32,000 bases of DNA from Candidatus Saccharimonadota bacterium (GTDB lineage: Archaea > Micrarchaeota > Micrarchaeia > Micrarchaeales > Micrarchaeaceae). Under the pieces are notes generated by a model that was given only the letters and a program-made list of their open reading frames with translations, was not told the origin of the DNA and did not search any database. The DNA lies in assembly GCF_002214165.1 (NCBI RefSeq), contig NZ_CP019964.1, positions 600,001-632,000 on the forward strand, given 5' to 3'. The translations under genes were made by a program, and so were the position numbers. Numbering within the stretch: the first letter of the stretch is position 1; every line of letters starts with the position of its first letter. This document shows, one piece after another, positions 1-7,747 of this stretch.

Positions 1-254
1 TAAATGAGGGATGGCAGGTAAAGAGGGAGTTGAGCGAAGGCGTTTCAAATAAGAAAATAGAAAGCCTTATAGAGAAAGCAAAGGAAAATGGCGCTCAGGC
101 CGTAAGGCTGATGGGAGGAGGTGGCGATGGGTTTTTATTGACCATAGCAAAGGAAGGGAAGCTGCAGGGCCTTCAGGAGGAGATGTCAAAGCTCTCGGAT
201 TTTGCAATAAGGGTTTCTTTTACAGATTATGGTACAATGGTGTCAAATGCCTGA
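1..254 (+). CDS. GHMP-kinase superfamily protein, C-terminal fragment (gene begins upstream of window)
   Basis: Frame 3 is open from the window edge (NEGWQVKRELSEG...), so the TTG at 30 in the ORF track is probably internal. The glycine-rich 'RLMGGGGDGFLL' fits GHMP motif III. Stop TGA at 252-254. Confidence 0.55.
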   Translation, partial: NEGWQVKRELSEGVSNKKIESLIEKAKENGAQAVRLMGGGGDGFLLTIAKEGKLQGLQEEMSKLSDFAIRVSFTDYGTMVSNA

Positions 255-329
255 AAATTATATCAGTAACCTAAAAGGGTTAACCGCAAAATTATAATAA
301 TATTTAGATTCCAAAAGAATACGAGGTAG

Positions 330-2183
330 ATGAAGTTCAAATATTATTGTCTAAGTTTTCTGATCATGATAATGCTTGCAGGCACAATGCATGCCCAAGT
401 AGTCGGCACAGCTTCAATACATGCTCCAGCTTTAATTGCATACAATAACACAGGTATTATAACTACAATAAACCTGACCGTAACAAGAGGGGATGGATAT
501 GTCAATATCACAGGTCCAATAAGCGTCGGAAGCAGCACATTGAACTCCTCAAAAGATGCTGTGAACTACGCAGCAAAGTACTTAGGGATAAACAAAGACG
601 ACTACAATTTCACCTATGTTATAAATGATAGGAATGCATCGGTTTCAGGGCCGAGTGCAGGTATGGCGATGACCCTTTTGGCAATATCTTCACTGACGCA
701 CAAGCCATTGCTGCACAATTTTACATTGACAGGCGAGATATTGCCCAATGGCAGTATAGGCGAGATAGGAGGGGTATATGACAAGGTTTCTGCCGCAAAA
801 CGTGAAGGATTGAAATTTGTCCTTGTTCCAGCAGTTCCGAGCACATCATTTGAAAATGAGATCTACTATATAATAGAACTCAGGTTCAATATTCCTGTTA
901 TCCCTGTTGCGAACATAAGCGATGCGATGGGATATGCAATGGAAGGAAAGCCAATATCGGGAAACGAAGTCAAATACAGTTTCTATACAAATTACCATTT
1001 AAATAAGATACCAAATGCATCCCTGTCGTGCATAGGGCCTTGCTATAATAATTATTTCAAAGGCCTTACAAATTTCACTTTAAATATGACATCTTCGGAA
1101 CTTCAAACCCTTGAATCAAATCCTTTGCTGTATAATGCAACAAGCCAATTTTCAGGATTGCTTAACCAGTCAAAGGAGCTATCAGGAAAAGGATATTATT
1201 ATGCCGCAGCGGATATCGCATTCTTAGACTATGCAAACATCTACACATTCGTTAACAGCAACCAATCGATACCTGAAGGCCTGAACACAGTAAATGCTGT
1301 TGAATCAGAATGCAATTCAATACAGGCACCAAAAATGACCAACAACAACTTCCTTTACCGGATAGGGGGAGAATTGAGGCAGCTTTGGGGAGAGTACACA
1401 TCACAAAGCACTTCAGAGGAATACAATGCAACCACAGATGACAGCGATGGAGTTATAAGAAACATGTACGATGCAGGCGTATCAAATGCATGGTGCGGTG
1501 CGGCATCATATATGTACAATGCCTCATCAGCAATAGGCGGATTGAATTACACAACGAACTCTTCCCTGTCCGGCATCGCATACAAAGTTGTAGAAAATGC
1601 ATCAAACTATCCAGGAATATATACAACTACCGCAATCTCCGCTTATAAATCCGGCAATTATCCATTGGCAATTTACGATGGGGCATACGCGTATGCGATA
1701 GATGGCAACAGCAGCTCCAACATGACCGAAAGCGAGATGCTCAACAGTTCAAAGAGCATATCATACAATTCTACATATGGCATTTGGGCAACACAGTTTG
1801 CGAATGAGGCGATGTTCTATTATTATGAAGCGAAGATAACTGACAACGCCTCCCAATCAGAGCTATATGCGGTACAATCATACCACACTGCCCTGCTTGC
1901 CAATGAATTAAGCAACTATTCAAAGGTGATATACGACAACCTCAAAGTAGCTCCTGTTACAGTAACCACATCTTCTGTTTCGTACAGTGGCATATTATTG
2001 GTCGATATTGCATTGTTTATGGTATTGGCACTTGCTGTAATAATAGCAATACTATTAGTTCTTATAGTAAAAATCGTAAGGATAGAAAGCAGGATATCAG
2101 AGTTGAGCGACAGCCATAACAGAAGCAGACCTAGTCCAAATAGAAAAGCAAGAAATACCAAAAGGTTTAAAAATAAGAGATAA
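330..2183 (+). CDS. Extracytoplasmic, C-terminally membrane-anchored Lon-like serine protease (peptidase S16 proteolytic domain only, no AAA+ module)
   Basis: N-terminal signal-like segment MKFKYYCLSFLIMIMLAGTMHAQ. Lon catalytic block 'SVSGPSAGMAMTLL...TLTGEILPNGSIGEIGGVYDKVSAAKREGLKFVLVP' (Ser codon 654-656, Lys codon 783-785). About 400 aa Asn/Ser/Tyr-rich region with about 26 N-x-S/T sequons in the whole protein. C-terminal TM helix (ILLVDIALFMVLALAVIIAILLVLIV) plus a basic tail. Confidence 0.75.
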   Translation: MKFKYYCLSFLIMIMLAGTMHAQVVGTASIHAPALIAYNNTGIITTINLTVTRGDGYVNITGPISVGSSTLNSSKDAVNYAAKYLGINKDDYNFTYVINDRNASVSGPSAGMAMTLLAISSLTHKPLLHNFTLTGEILPNGSIGEIGGVYDKVSAAKREGLKFVLVPAVPSTSFENEIYYIIELRFNIPVIPVANISDAMGYAMEGKPISGNEVKYSFYTNYHLNKIPNASLSCIGPCYNNYFKGLTNFTLNMTSSELQTLESNPLLYNATSQFSGLLNQSKELSGKGYYYAAADIAFLDYANIYTFVNSNQSIPEGLNTVNAVESECNSIQAPKMTNNNFLYRIGGELRQLWGEYTSQSTSEEYNATTDDSDGVIRNMYDAGVSNAWCGAASYMYNASSAIGGLNYTTNSSLSGIAYKVVENASNYPGIYTTTAISAYKSGNYPLAIYDGAYAYAIDGNSSSNMTESEMLNSSKSISYNSTYGIWATQFANEAMFYYYEAKITDNASQSELYAVQSYHTALLANELSNYSKVIYDNLKVAPVTVTTSSVSYSGILLVDIALFMVLALAVIIAILLVLIVKIVRIESRISELSDSHNRSRPSPNRKARNTKRFKNKR

Positions 2184-2218
2184 TAAATAAAAATGCTTAT
2201 TATAAAACGAGTGATAAA

Positions 2219-2389
2219 ATGAGTGAAATATTGCCGGGCAAGATTTGCAGCTCTTGTGGAAGGCTTACACACAAGTACAGCGAATTCAAATGCCCAAAAT
2301 GCGGAAAGGCAACCATAATAAGGTGCGATCATTGCAGAGAGATTTCCAACACATATAAGTGTGCGGAGTGCGAATTCGAGGGACCGTAA
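2219..2389 (+). CDS. Small zinc-ribbon protein (56 aa, four CxxC pairs), not in supplied ORF track
   Basis: ATG 2219 to TAA 2387-2389 translates as MSEILPGKICSSCGRLTHKYSEFKCPKCGKATIIRCDHCREISNTYKCAECEFEGP. CSSC/CPKC/CDHC/CAEC give two predicted Zn sites. The stop overlaps the aEF-1beta start (TAATG). A Zn-ribbon gene next to aEF-1beta is a common archaeal arrangement. Confidence 0.7.
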   Translation: MSEILPGKICSSCGRLTHKYSEFKCPKCGKATIIRCDHCREISNTYKCAECEFEGP

Positions 2390-2640
2390 TGGCAAAAGTA
2401 GGCGTAGTATATAAAGTATACCCAAAGCAGGATGTGGATGCAGATACTTTGATGGGAAAGATCAAGTCTGAGCTAAGCCCAGTAAGCATAAGTGCTGAGG
2501 ATATCGCTTTTGGAATAAAGGTAATAAAGGCATTCTTCACATATGACGATTCAGAACAAGGATCATCAACAATGGAAGAAAAGCTAAATGGAATAGATGG
2601 AGTTGCCCAAGTAGAAGTAGATGAAGAATCCTTAATATAA
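2389..2640 (+). CDS. ef1b: Translation elongation factor aEF-1 beta
   Basis: 83 aa from ATG 2389 (MAKVGVVYKVYPKQ...). It is small and acidic, with 'IAFGIKVIKAF' and 'GIDGVAQVEVDEESLI' matching the aEF-1beta pattern. The ORF-track start at 2359 is probably an upstream in-frame extension. Confidence 0.85.
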   Translation: MAKVGVVYKVYPKQDVDADTLMGKIKSELSPVSISAEDIAFGIKVIKAFFTYDDSEQGSSTMEEKLNGIDGVAQVEVDEESLI

Positions 2641-2656
2641 ACTAAAGGAGATCGAT

Positions 2657-3529
2657 ATGACTATGAAGTCCCAATCCGCAATGGAGTACCTGATGACATA
2701 CGGATGGGCAATACTTGTCATCGCAGTTGTCCTTGCGGCACTATATTCTCTTGGAATTTTTAATCCTAATTCTTTTGCCCCAAAAGCATCGGCAGGATCC
2801 TGCGAAGTTGTAAGACCTTTCGGCCCTACAACAAGCACTGATATTCACAGTACAGGCACATGCACCAACATGCTGCCAAAGTATGTTGCAAGCTTCAATG
2901 GAAATGGTCAAATAAGCGTATTAATGCCAACCCTGTCACATTCCATAACTTACACAGCATGGGTCAATTTTGCTTCATTAGCTCAATCTAATTATGGTGA
3001 TACTGGCCAAATAATAGGATGGGAACCGGGATATGGGCCGTCCTTACTGTTCTTGCAGCCAAGTATTTATCAATTTGAATTTTCTGTCTGGTATGCTAAT
3101 ACCCAACAAGAAGCAGTACTATCAGGGACTACCCCAAAGTTAAATACTTGGTACTTCATGGCAGGTACATATAATGAATCTTCTGGCCTTATCCAAGTTT
3201 ATGTAAACAATAAGGTATATAATCAAACAATTTCTAAAGAAACACTGGAGACAGGTAATGTATTAACTATAGGAGCCTGGCCTAGCCAGCTTAGCTATTT
3301 TAAAGGCGAACTGGCAAATGTCCAGATTTACAATAACTCCATTTCCTCAAATCAAATTAGCGCACTTTACCAGGAAGGCATAGGCGGCGACCCTATCGAT
3401 CTCACGCATCTGGTTGCATGGTATCCATTGAACGGCAATGCAAACGACTATTCTGGAAACAACTATAATGGAAAAGAGACAAATGTCGCATATTCCTCAA
3501 CTTGGTACAGAACCTATTCCACACCCTAA
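2657..3529 (+). CDS. Type IV pilin-like (class III signal peptide) protein fused to a LamG/concanavalin-like lectin domain, copy 1
   Basis: N-terminus MTMKS|QSAMEYLMTYGWAILVIAVVLAALY has a K-[SA]-Q prepilin-peptidase-type site, Glu at mature +5 and a hydrophobic helix. LamG_3-like signature 'TWYFMAGTYNESSGLIQVYVNNKVY...LTIGAW...YFKGELANVQIYNNSISSNQISALY'. AGGAG at 2646-2650 lies 6 nt before the ATG and only 16 nt after the ef1b stop. Confidence 0.75.
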   Translation: MTMKSQSAMEYLMTYGWAILVIAVVLAALYSLGIFNPNSFAPKASAGSCEVVRPFGPTTSTDIHSTGTCTNMLPKYVASFNGNGQISVLMPTLSHSITYTAWVNFASLAQSNYGDTGQIIGWEPGYGPSLLFLQPSIYQFEFSVWYANTQQEAVLSGTTPKLNTWYFMAGTYNESSGLIQVYVNNKVYNQTISKETLETGNVLTIGAWPSQLSYFKGELANVQIYNNSISSNQISALYQEGIGGDPIDLTHLVAWYPLNGNANDYSGNNYNGKETNVAYSSTWYRTYSTP

Positions 3530-4466
3530 TCAAACGTTACCAAATTTCATAAAATATATGAAACCTTAAATAATTTTATAAAATAACACTTCTGATATAA
3601 TGAAGTCCCAATCCGCAATGGAGTACCTGATGACATACGGATGGGCAATACTTGTCATCGCAGTTGTCCTTGCGGCACTATATTCTCTTGGAATTTTTAA
3701 TCCTAATTCTTTTGCCCCAAAAGCATCGGCAGGATCCTGCGAAGTTGTAAGACCTTTCGGCCCTACAACAAGCACTGATATTCACAGTACAGGCACATGC
3801 ACCAACATGCTGCCAAAGTATGTTGCAAGCTTCAATGGAAATGGTCAAATAAGCGTATTAATGCCAACCCTGTCACATTCCATAACTTACACAGCATGGG
3901 TCAATTTTGCTTCATTAGCTCAATCTAATTATGGTGATACTGGCCAAATAATAGGATGGGAACCGGGATATGGGCCGTCCTTACTGTTCTTGCAGCCAAG
4001 TATTTATCAATTTGAATTTTCTGTCTGGTATGCTAATACCCAACAAGAAGCAGTACTATCAGGGACTACCCCAAAGTTAAATACTTGGTACTTCATGGCA
4101 GGTACATATAATGAATCTTCTGGCCTTATCCAAGTTTATGTAAACAATAAGGTATATAATCAAACAATTTCTAAAGAAACACTGGAGACAGGTAATGTAT
4201 TAACTATAGGAGCCTGGCCTAGCCAGCTTAGCTATTTTAAAGGCGAACTGGCAAATGTCCAGATTTACAATAACTCCATTTCCTCAAATCAAATTAGCGC
4301 ACTTTACCAGGAAGGCATAGGCGGCGACCCTATCGATTTAACGAATCTTGTAGGCTGGTGGCCATTGAACGGCAATGCAAACGACTATTCCGGAAACAAC
4401 TATAATGGAAAAGAGACAAATGTCGCATATTCCTCAACTTGGTACAGAACCTATTCCGCACCTTAA
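2663..4466 (+). repeat. Tandem direct duplication, period 937 bp (2663-3529 vs 3600-4466)
   Basis: Hand alignment: 2663-3400 equals 3600-4337 with no mismatch seen (738 bp). Then come 9 mismatches within 3401-3424 vs 4338-4361, and 3 more singles (3454, 3521, 3526). The flanks diverge after the stop codons. Confidence 0.9.
3600..4466 (+). CDS. Type IV pilin-like protein with LamG domain, copy 2
   Basis: Same architecture as copy 1, with 4 amino-acid differences, all in the last 45 residues. It has its own AT-rich upstream region (3551-3584). Confidence 0.75.
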   Translation: MKSQSAMEYLMTYGWAILVIAVVLAALYSLGIFNPNSFAPKASAGSCEVVRPFGPTTSTDIHSTGTCTNMLPKYVASFNGNGQISVLMPTLSHSITYTAWVNFASLAQSNYGDTGQIIGWEPGYGPSLLFLQPSIYQFEFSVWYANTQQEAVLSGTTPKLNTWYFMAGTYNESSGLIQVYVNNKVYNQTISKETLETGNVLTIGAWPSQLSYFKGELANVQIYNNSISSNQISALYQEGIGGDPIDLTNLVGWWPLNGNANDYSGNNYNGKETNVAYSSTWYRTYSAP

Positions 4467-4511
4467 TCATCAAAAGCAGTGCAAAACCAAAACGCTTTAA
4501 CGGCGGCGATA

Positions 4512-5201
4512 TCATTTAAATGTTATCTCCAAAGGTCCGGAGTAGTTAAAATCAGGTCCTTTTATAGACAGATTAACAACGAAGCTGCTAGGGTCATTTA
4601 TAGTGAATGGCAGTTCAGTATCCAATTTGACAAGCTTGAAGGGCTCGTTAAGCTCAATGCTCCCTACTTTTCCCTTGTACTCCAATATCCTATACATTTG
4701 TACTGAAATATCAAATATCTGATTTTTTGCAAAATTGGTAAAGTACCTTGTATCATCCAGATTAACCTCCTTATCCCCACTTTTAAGCACTATCTTGTTT
4801 ATATTGAGGTCTATCAAGTCATCTTTATTCTTCGGTGCAGAAAATCTTAAGGTGAGGGGTCCATTGTAATTGTAATCCGGAGCCTTCAAGCTGATTTTAA
4901 AGTCTATATGTTCTCCAGGTTTAATCTCTACCGGAGGTTTAGGATCAATGCTATCTATAGAGAACGGGTCCGAAGTACTTATATCGGTAACTGTTTCACG
5001 TTTTTCAGTAGTTTTTAGGAATGACAGTTCACTGGTATCTGAATGGTTAGTGAAAGGGACGGTAACAGTAAAGACCTTGCCGCTTATATCCATCCCGTCC
5101 ATTGAATGCGATGTATCCCTCCAATAAAGTTTTACAGATGTGATCTTGCCCTTTGTTTCATTTTTCTTCAACTTGCCCTTTATATTATTGAAAATTGACA
5201 T
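4512..5201 (-). CDS. Hypothetical cytoplasmic protein with two internal beta-rich repeats
   Basis: 229 aa with no signal peptide. The two repeats end in 'KAPDYNYNGPLTLRF' and 'KGPDFNYSGPLEITF'. No family recognised. Confidence 0.5.
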   Translation of the reverse strand: MSIFNNIKGKLKKNETKGKITSVKLYWRDTSHSMDGMDISGKVFTVTVPFTNHSDTSELSFLKTTEKRETVTDISTSDPFSIDSIDPKPPVEIKPGEHIDFKISLKAPDYNYNGPLTLRFSAPKNKDDLIDLNINKIVLKSGDKEVNLDDTRYFTNFAKNQIFDISVQMYRILEYKGKVGSIELNEPFKLVKLDTELPFTINDPSSFVVNLSIKGPDFNYSGPLEITFK

Positions 5202-5287
5202 GTTAACACTATTTTTATCTTCCTAAATCTTTGGTTCGGGTTAGATTTTATATTTTACCCAAATAATTATATAGTATAGGTGAAAAA

Positions 5288-5743
5288 ATGTTGCTTGAAA
5301 ATACCAAAGCGCCAGATTTTGAGTTGGATGGATCTGATGGAAAGAAGCACAGCCTTGACGAGTTTAAGGGCAAATATCTAGTGCTGTATTTTTATCCCAA
5401 GGACAACACTCCGGGCTGCACGATTGAGGCAAGGCAGTTCAACGAGAAAATTGAAGAAATAGAAAAACTTAATGCAACAGTTGTTGGAGTTAGCAAGGAC
5501 GACCTTAAATCCCACGATAAATTCAAGAGCAAATTTGACCTTAAATTCCTGCTTCTATCCGACCCAACAAGCGAAATGATAAAGAAATACGAATCTTATG
5601 GAAAAAGCATGATTGGGTTCGGGACGTTGAGGTCAACCTACATAATAGGCAAGGATGGCACAATATTGAAAGCTTATCCAAAAGTAAAGCCTGCCATACA
5701 TGCCGATGAGGTAATAGACTACCTGAAAAGCGTAAACGAATAA
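5288..5743 (+). CDS. bcp: Thiol peroxidase / peroxiredoxin, Bcp type
   Basis: 151 aa. 'APDFEL...GK...L.EFKGKYLVLYFYPKDNTPGCTIEA' contains the peroxidatic Cys motif T-P-G-C-T. GGTGA lies 6-7 nt before the ATG. Confidence 0.9.
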   Translation: MLLENTKAPDFELDGSDGKKHSLDEFKGKYLVLYFYPKDNTPGCTIEARQFNEKIEEIEKLNATVVGVSKDDLKSHDKFKSKFDLKFLLLSDPTSEMIKKYESYGKSMIGFGTLRSTYIIGKDGTILKAYPKVKPAIHADEVIDYLKSVNE

Positions 5744-5764
5744 GCGGTGCATGATTGCATCCGC
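5744..5764. terminator. Hairpin between convergent bcp and amrB
   Basis: gcggtgca (5744-5751) / tgat loop / tgcatccgc (5756-5764) gives an 8 bp stem with one bulged T. It lies in the 52-nt gap between two convergent stop codons. Archaeal termination does not need hairpins, so the function is uncertain. Confidence 0.3.
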
Positions 5765-5795
5765 CAGATTCCCTTTGCTTGCGATAATGTGGTAG

Positions 5796-6620
5796 TCATA
5801 GAAATGCCCATGACATATAGTCTACCACTTTATCGTAATCCTTTGTCACATTGCCCGAGTTTGAAAAATCAAGCATCTCTCCTTTCTTGGCACCATAATG
5901 TTTAGAGCATAGCAATGCCGCAGTTATGGGTCCGAATCCGCATATACTGTCGTTTAATGATTTCACCGCTTTATTGAAACCAATATAATCCATATTCTTA
6001 AGGTATCCTGCAAGCTCCATGTCCTTTTTGCGGGCTATGCTGTCCTTCTCGTAATGGTCAAAGTCTGAGCTTGCCAATACTATTATCTCCCTTCCAAGCT
6101 TTTCTGCTGTGCTTGTTACAGCCTTTGCCAAAAGCTCGCTGTTCTCTACCTCCTGATCTCCCATGCACACAAACACATATCTCTTTTCACCTACCAACCT
6201 TTGCAAAAATGGAAGCTGTACCTCTAAAGAGTGTTCATCCTCATGTGCAGATTCATCATGGTAAATACTACCCGAATAGTTTACTAGCTCTTTTGAGAAT
6301 TCCAAATCATTCTTTGCAGTGCCCAAGGGCGTCCTCCAGTCCTCAAAGGATATGGAGAGGGGCGTGCCTATGCCTGTATGATTCGGCCCAATTAGCACTA
6401 TCGTGTCTACATCTTTCAGGCGGCTGTTTGATGCAATGGCCTTGTAAGTGTAAGCAGCGGTATATCCGGAATATATGTAACCGGCATGCGGTGCCACATA
6501 GCATTTTGCCTTGGAAAAGTCCCCTTTAATTTTAGCTTTTTCCAATGCAGAGTCTATAAATTTCTCTGTCTCATCCTTATATTTTGGATAGAACGATCCA
6601 TTGAATACGGGTTCCCTCAA
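5796..6620 (-). CDS. amrB: Memo-like / AmmeMemoRadiSam system protein B
   Basis: 274 aa. The N-terminus 'MREPVFNGSFYP' and 'APHAGYIYSG', 'GPNHTG', 'EHSLEVQLPFL' are the characteristic Memo1/AmrB blocks. Confidence 0.85.
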   Translation of the reverse strand: MREPVFNGSFYPKYKDETEKFIDSALEKAKIKGDFSKAKCYVAPHAGYIYSGYTAAYTYKAIASNSRLKDVDTIVLIGPNHTGIGTPLSISFEDWRTPLGTAKNDLEFSKELVNYSGSIYHDESAHEDEHSLEVQLPFLQRLVGEKRYVFVCMGDQEVENSELLAKAVTSTAEKLGREIIVLASSDFDHYEKDSIARKKDMELAGYLKNMDYIGFNKAVKSLNDSICGFGPITAALLCSKHYGAKKGEMLDFSNSGNVTKDYDKVVDYMSWAFL

Positions 6621-6680
6621 ATTACCACCAATTAGATATTAATCACAAAATCTAATAAATTTCAATTACGATAAAGTATC

Positions 6681-7745
6681 ATGGATAGCAAGGCTGGATA
6701 TGTTGTATACCTTGACATGGATTCCTTCTTTGCTTCATGCGAGCAGCTTAGGCATCCGGAATTAATAGGAAAGCCATTTGCGGTAGTGACCGATTCATTG
6801 GACAAATTCAGAGGGGTTGTGCAAACTGCGAGCTACTCGGCAAGGAAGTTTGGCATACACAGCGGGATGCCAACAATGAAGGCGTTGCAGCTATATCCGA
6901 ATTTGCACTGCATAAAAGAAGACTATGATTATTATGAGAAAATCTCAAATGAAGTAATGGAAATAATCAAATCCTATGGATTTAAAATGGAAGCGGTCAG
7001 TGTTGATGAAGCCGCAATTGATACAACTGAACTTAATGAATCCCAGGTCCTTGAGGTAGCGAAAGGTATAAAAACTAAGATATCCAACGAGCTTAAGCTT
7101 AAATGCACGATAGGGATTGCAAAAGGCAAGACATTTGCAAAGATGGCATGCGATTCAGCAAAGCCAAACGGCTTCCTTTTCATAAAGGATTACGAGACAA
7201 TAGAGTTCATAAAGTACAAAAAGGTATCCGATATACCAGGAGTAGGCGCAAAGACTGAGGGAAAGCTCGCAGGATTGAACATACACTACATAGGGGATAT
7301 CCAGAATTCCAATGTGCAGGTGCTTGTAGGACTGCTTGGCGAATATGGCTCAGAACTATATAAGCTGTCAAAAGGAATTGACGAAGAGAAGATAGTGAGC
7401 GATTATACGGCGCTTTCAATAAGCAGGGAGAAAAACCTGTATGAGGATACCAACGACATTCCAACAATAATGGCTCAGCTCAAAGAGCTTTCAGAAGATG
7501 CTGCCAATGCGGTAAGAAGCACCCAAAAGCTCTACAAGTCAATAACAGTAAAGGTAAGATACTACGATTTTACAACAAAAATAAAGACAAAAACGCTGTC
7601 ATATTACTCAGACTCCTCCGATGTGCTTTATTCCGAAGCATCAGAGCTGATAAAGCCGTTGATAAAAGACAATATACTGGTGAGAAGGGTTGGTGTTAAG
7701 GTATCCAGCCTTACGGATTCGGCGCACCAGCACAAGCTGTTTTAA
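6681..7745 (+). CDS. dinB: Y-family DNA polymerase IV (Dbh/Dpo4-like)
   Basis: 354 aa. 'VVYLDMDSFFASCEQ' (catalytic Asp motif), 'SVDEAAID', 'IGIAKGKTFAKMA' and the HhH-like 'IPGVGAKTEGKL' are present. Confidence 0.9.
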   Translation: MDSKAGYVVYLDMDSFFASCEQLRHPELIGKPFAVVTDSLDKFRGVVQTASYSARKFGIHSGMPTMKALQLYPNLHCIKEDYDYYEKISNEVMEIIKSYGFKMEAVSVDEAAIDTTELNESQVLEVAKGIKTKISNELKLKCTIGIAKGKTFAKMACDSAKPNGFLFIKDYETIEFIKYKKVSDIPGVGAKTEGKLAGLNIHYIGDIQNSNVQVLVGLLGEYGSELYKLSKGIDEEKIVSDYTALSISREKNLYEDTNDIPTIMAQLKELSEDAANAVRSTQKLYKSITVKVRYYDFTTKIKTKTLSYYSDSSDVLYSEASELIKPLIKDNILVRRVGVKVSSLTDSAHQHKLF

Positions 7746-7747
7746 GC

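Noticed and set aside
1916-2540. Minus-strand ORFs of 169 and 84 aa spanning the Lon C-terminus, the Zn-ribbon gene and the ef1b start
   Set aside because: They overlap three well-supported plus-strand genes, and their translations are low-complexity.
2632-3775. Duplicated 68/69-aa minus-strand ORFs (2632-2838 and 3566-3775)
   Set aside because: They are identical only because they lie inside the 937-bp tandem duplication, antisense to the pilin signal-peptide region.
2663-4466. Large direct repeat considered as an IS pair or CRISPR-like array
   Set aside because: There are only two units of 937 bp, each a complete protein gene. There are no short repeat-spacer periodicity, no terminal inverted repeats and no transposase.
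4479-4706. 75-aa plus-strand ORF after pilin-LamG copy 2
   Set aside because: It lies almost entirely inside the better-supported 229-aa minus-strand gene, and it has no motifs and no plausible start context.
6071-6529. 152-aa plus-strand ORF antisense to amrB
   Set aside because: It is a shadow ORF. The minus-strand product has clear Memo-family blocks.
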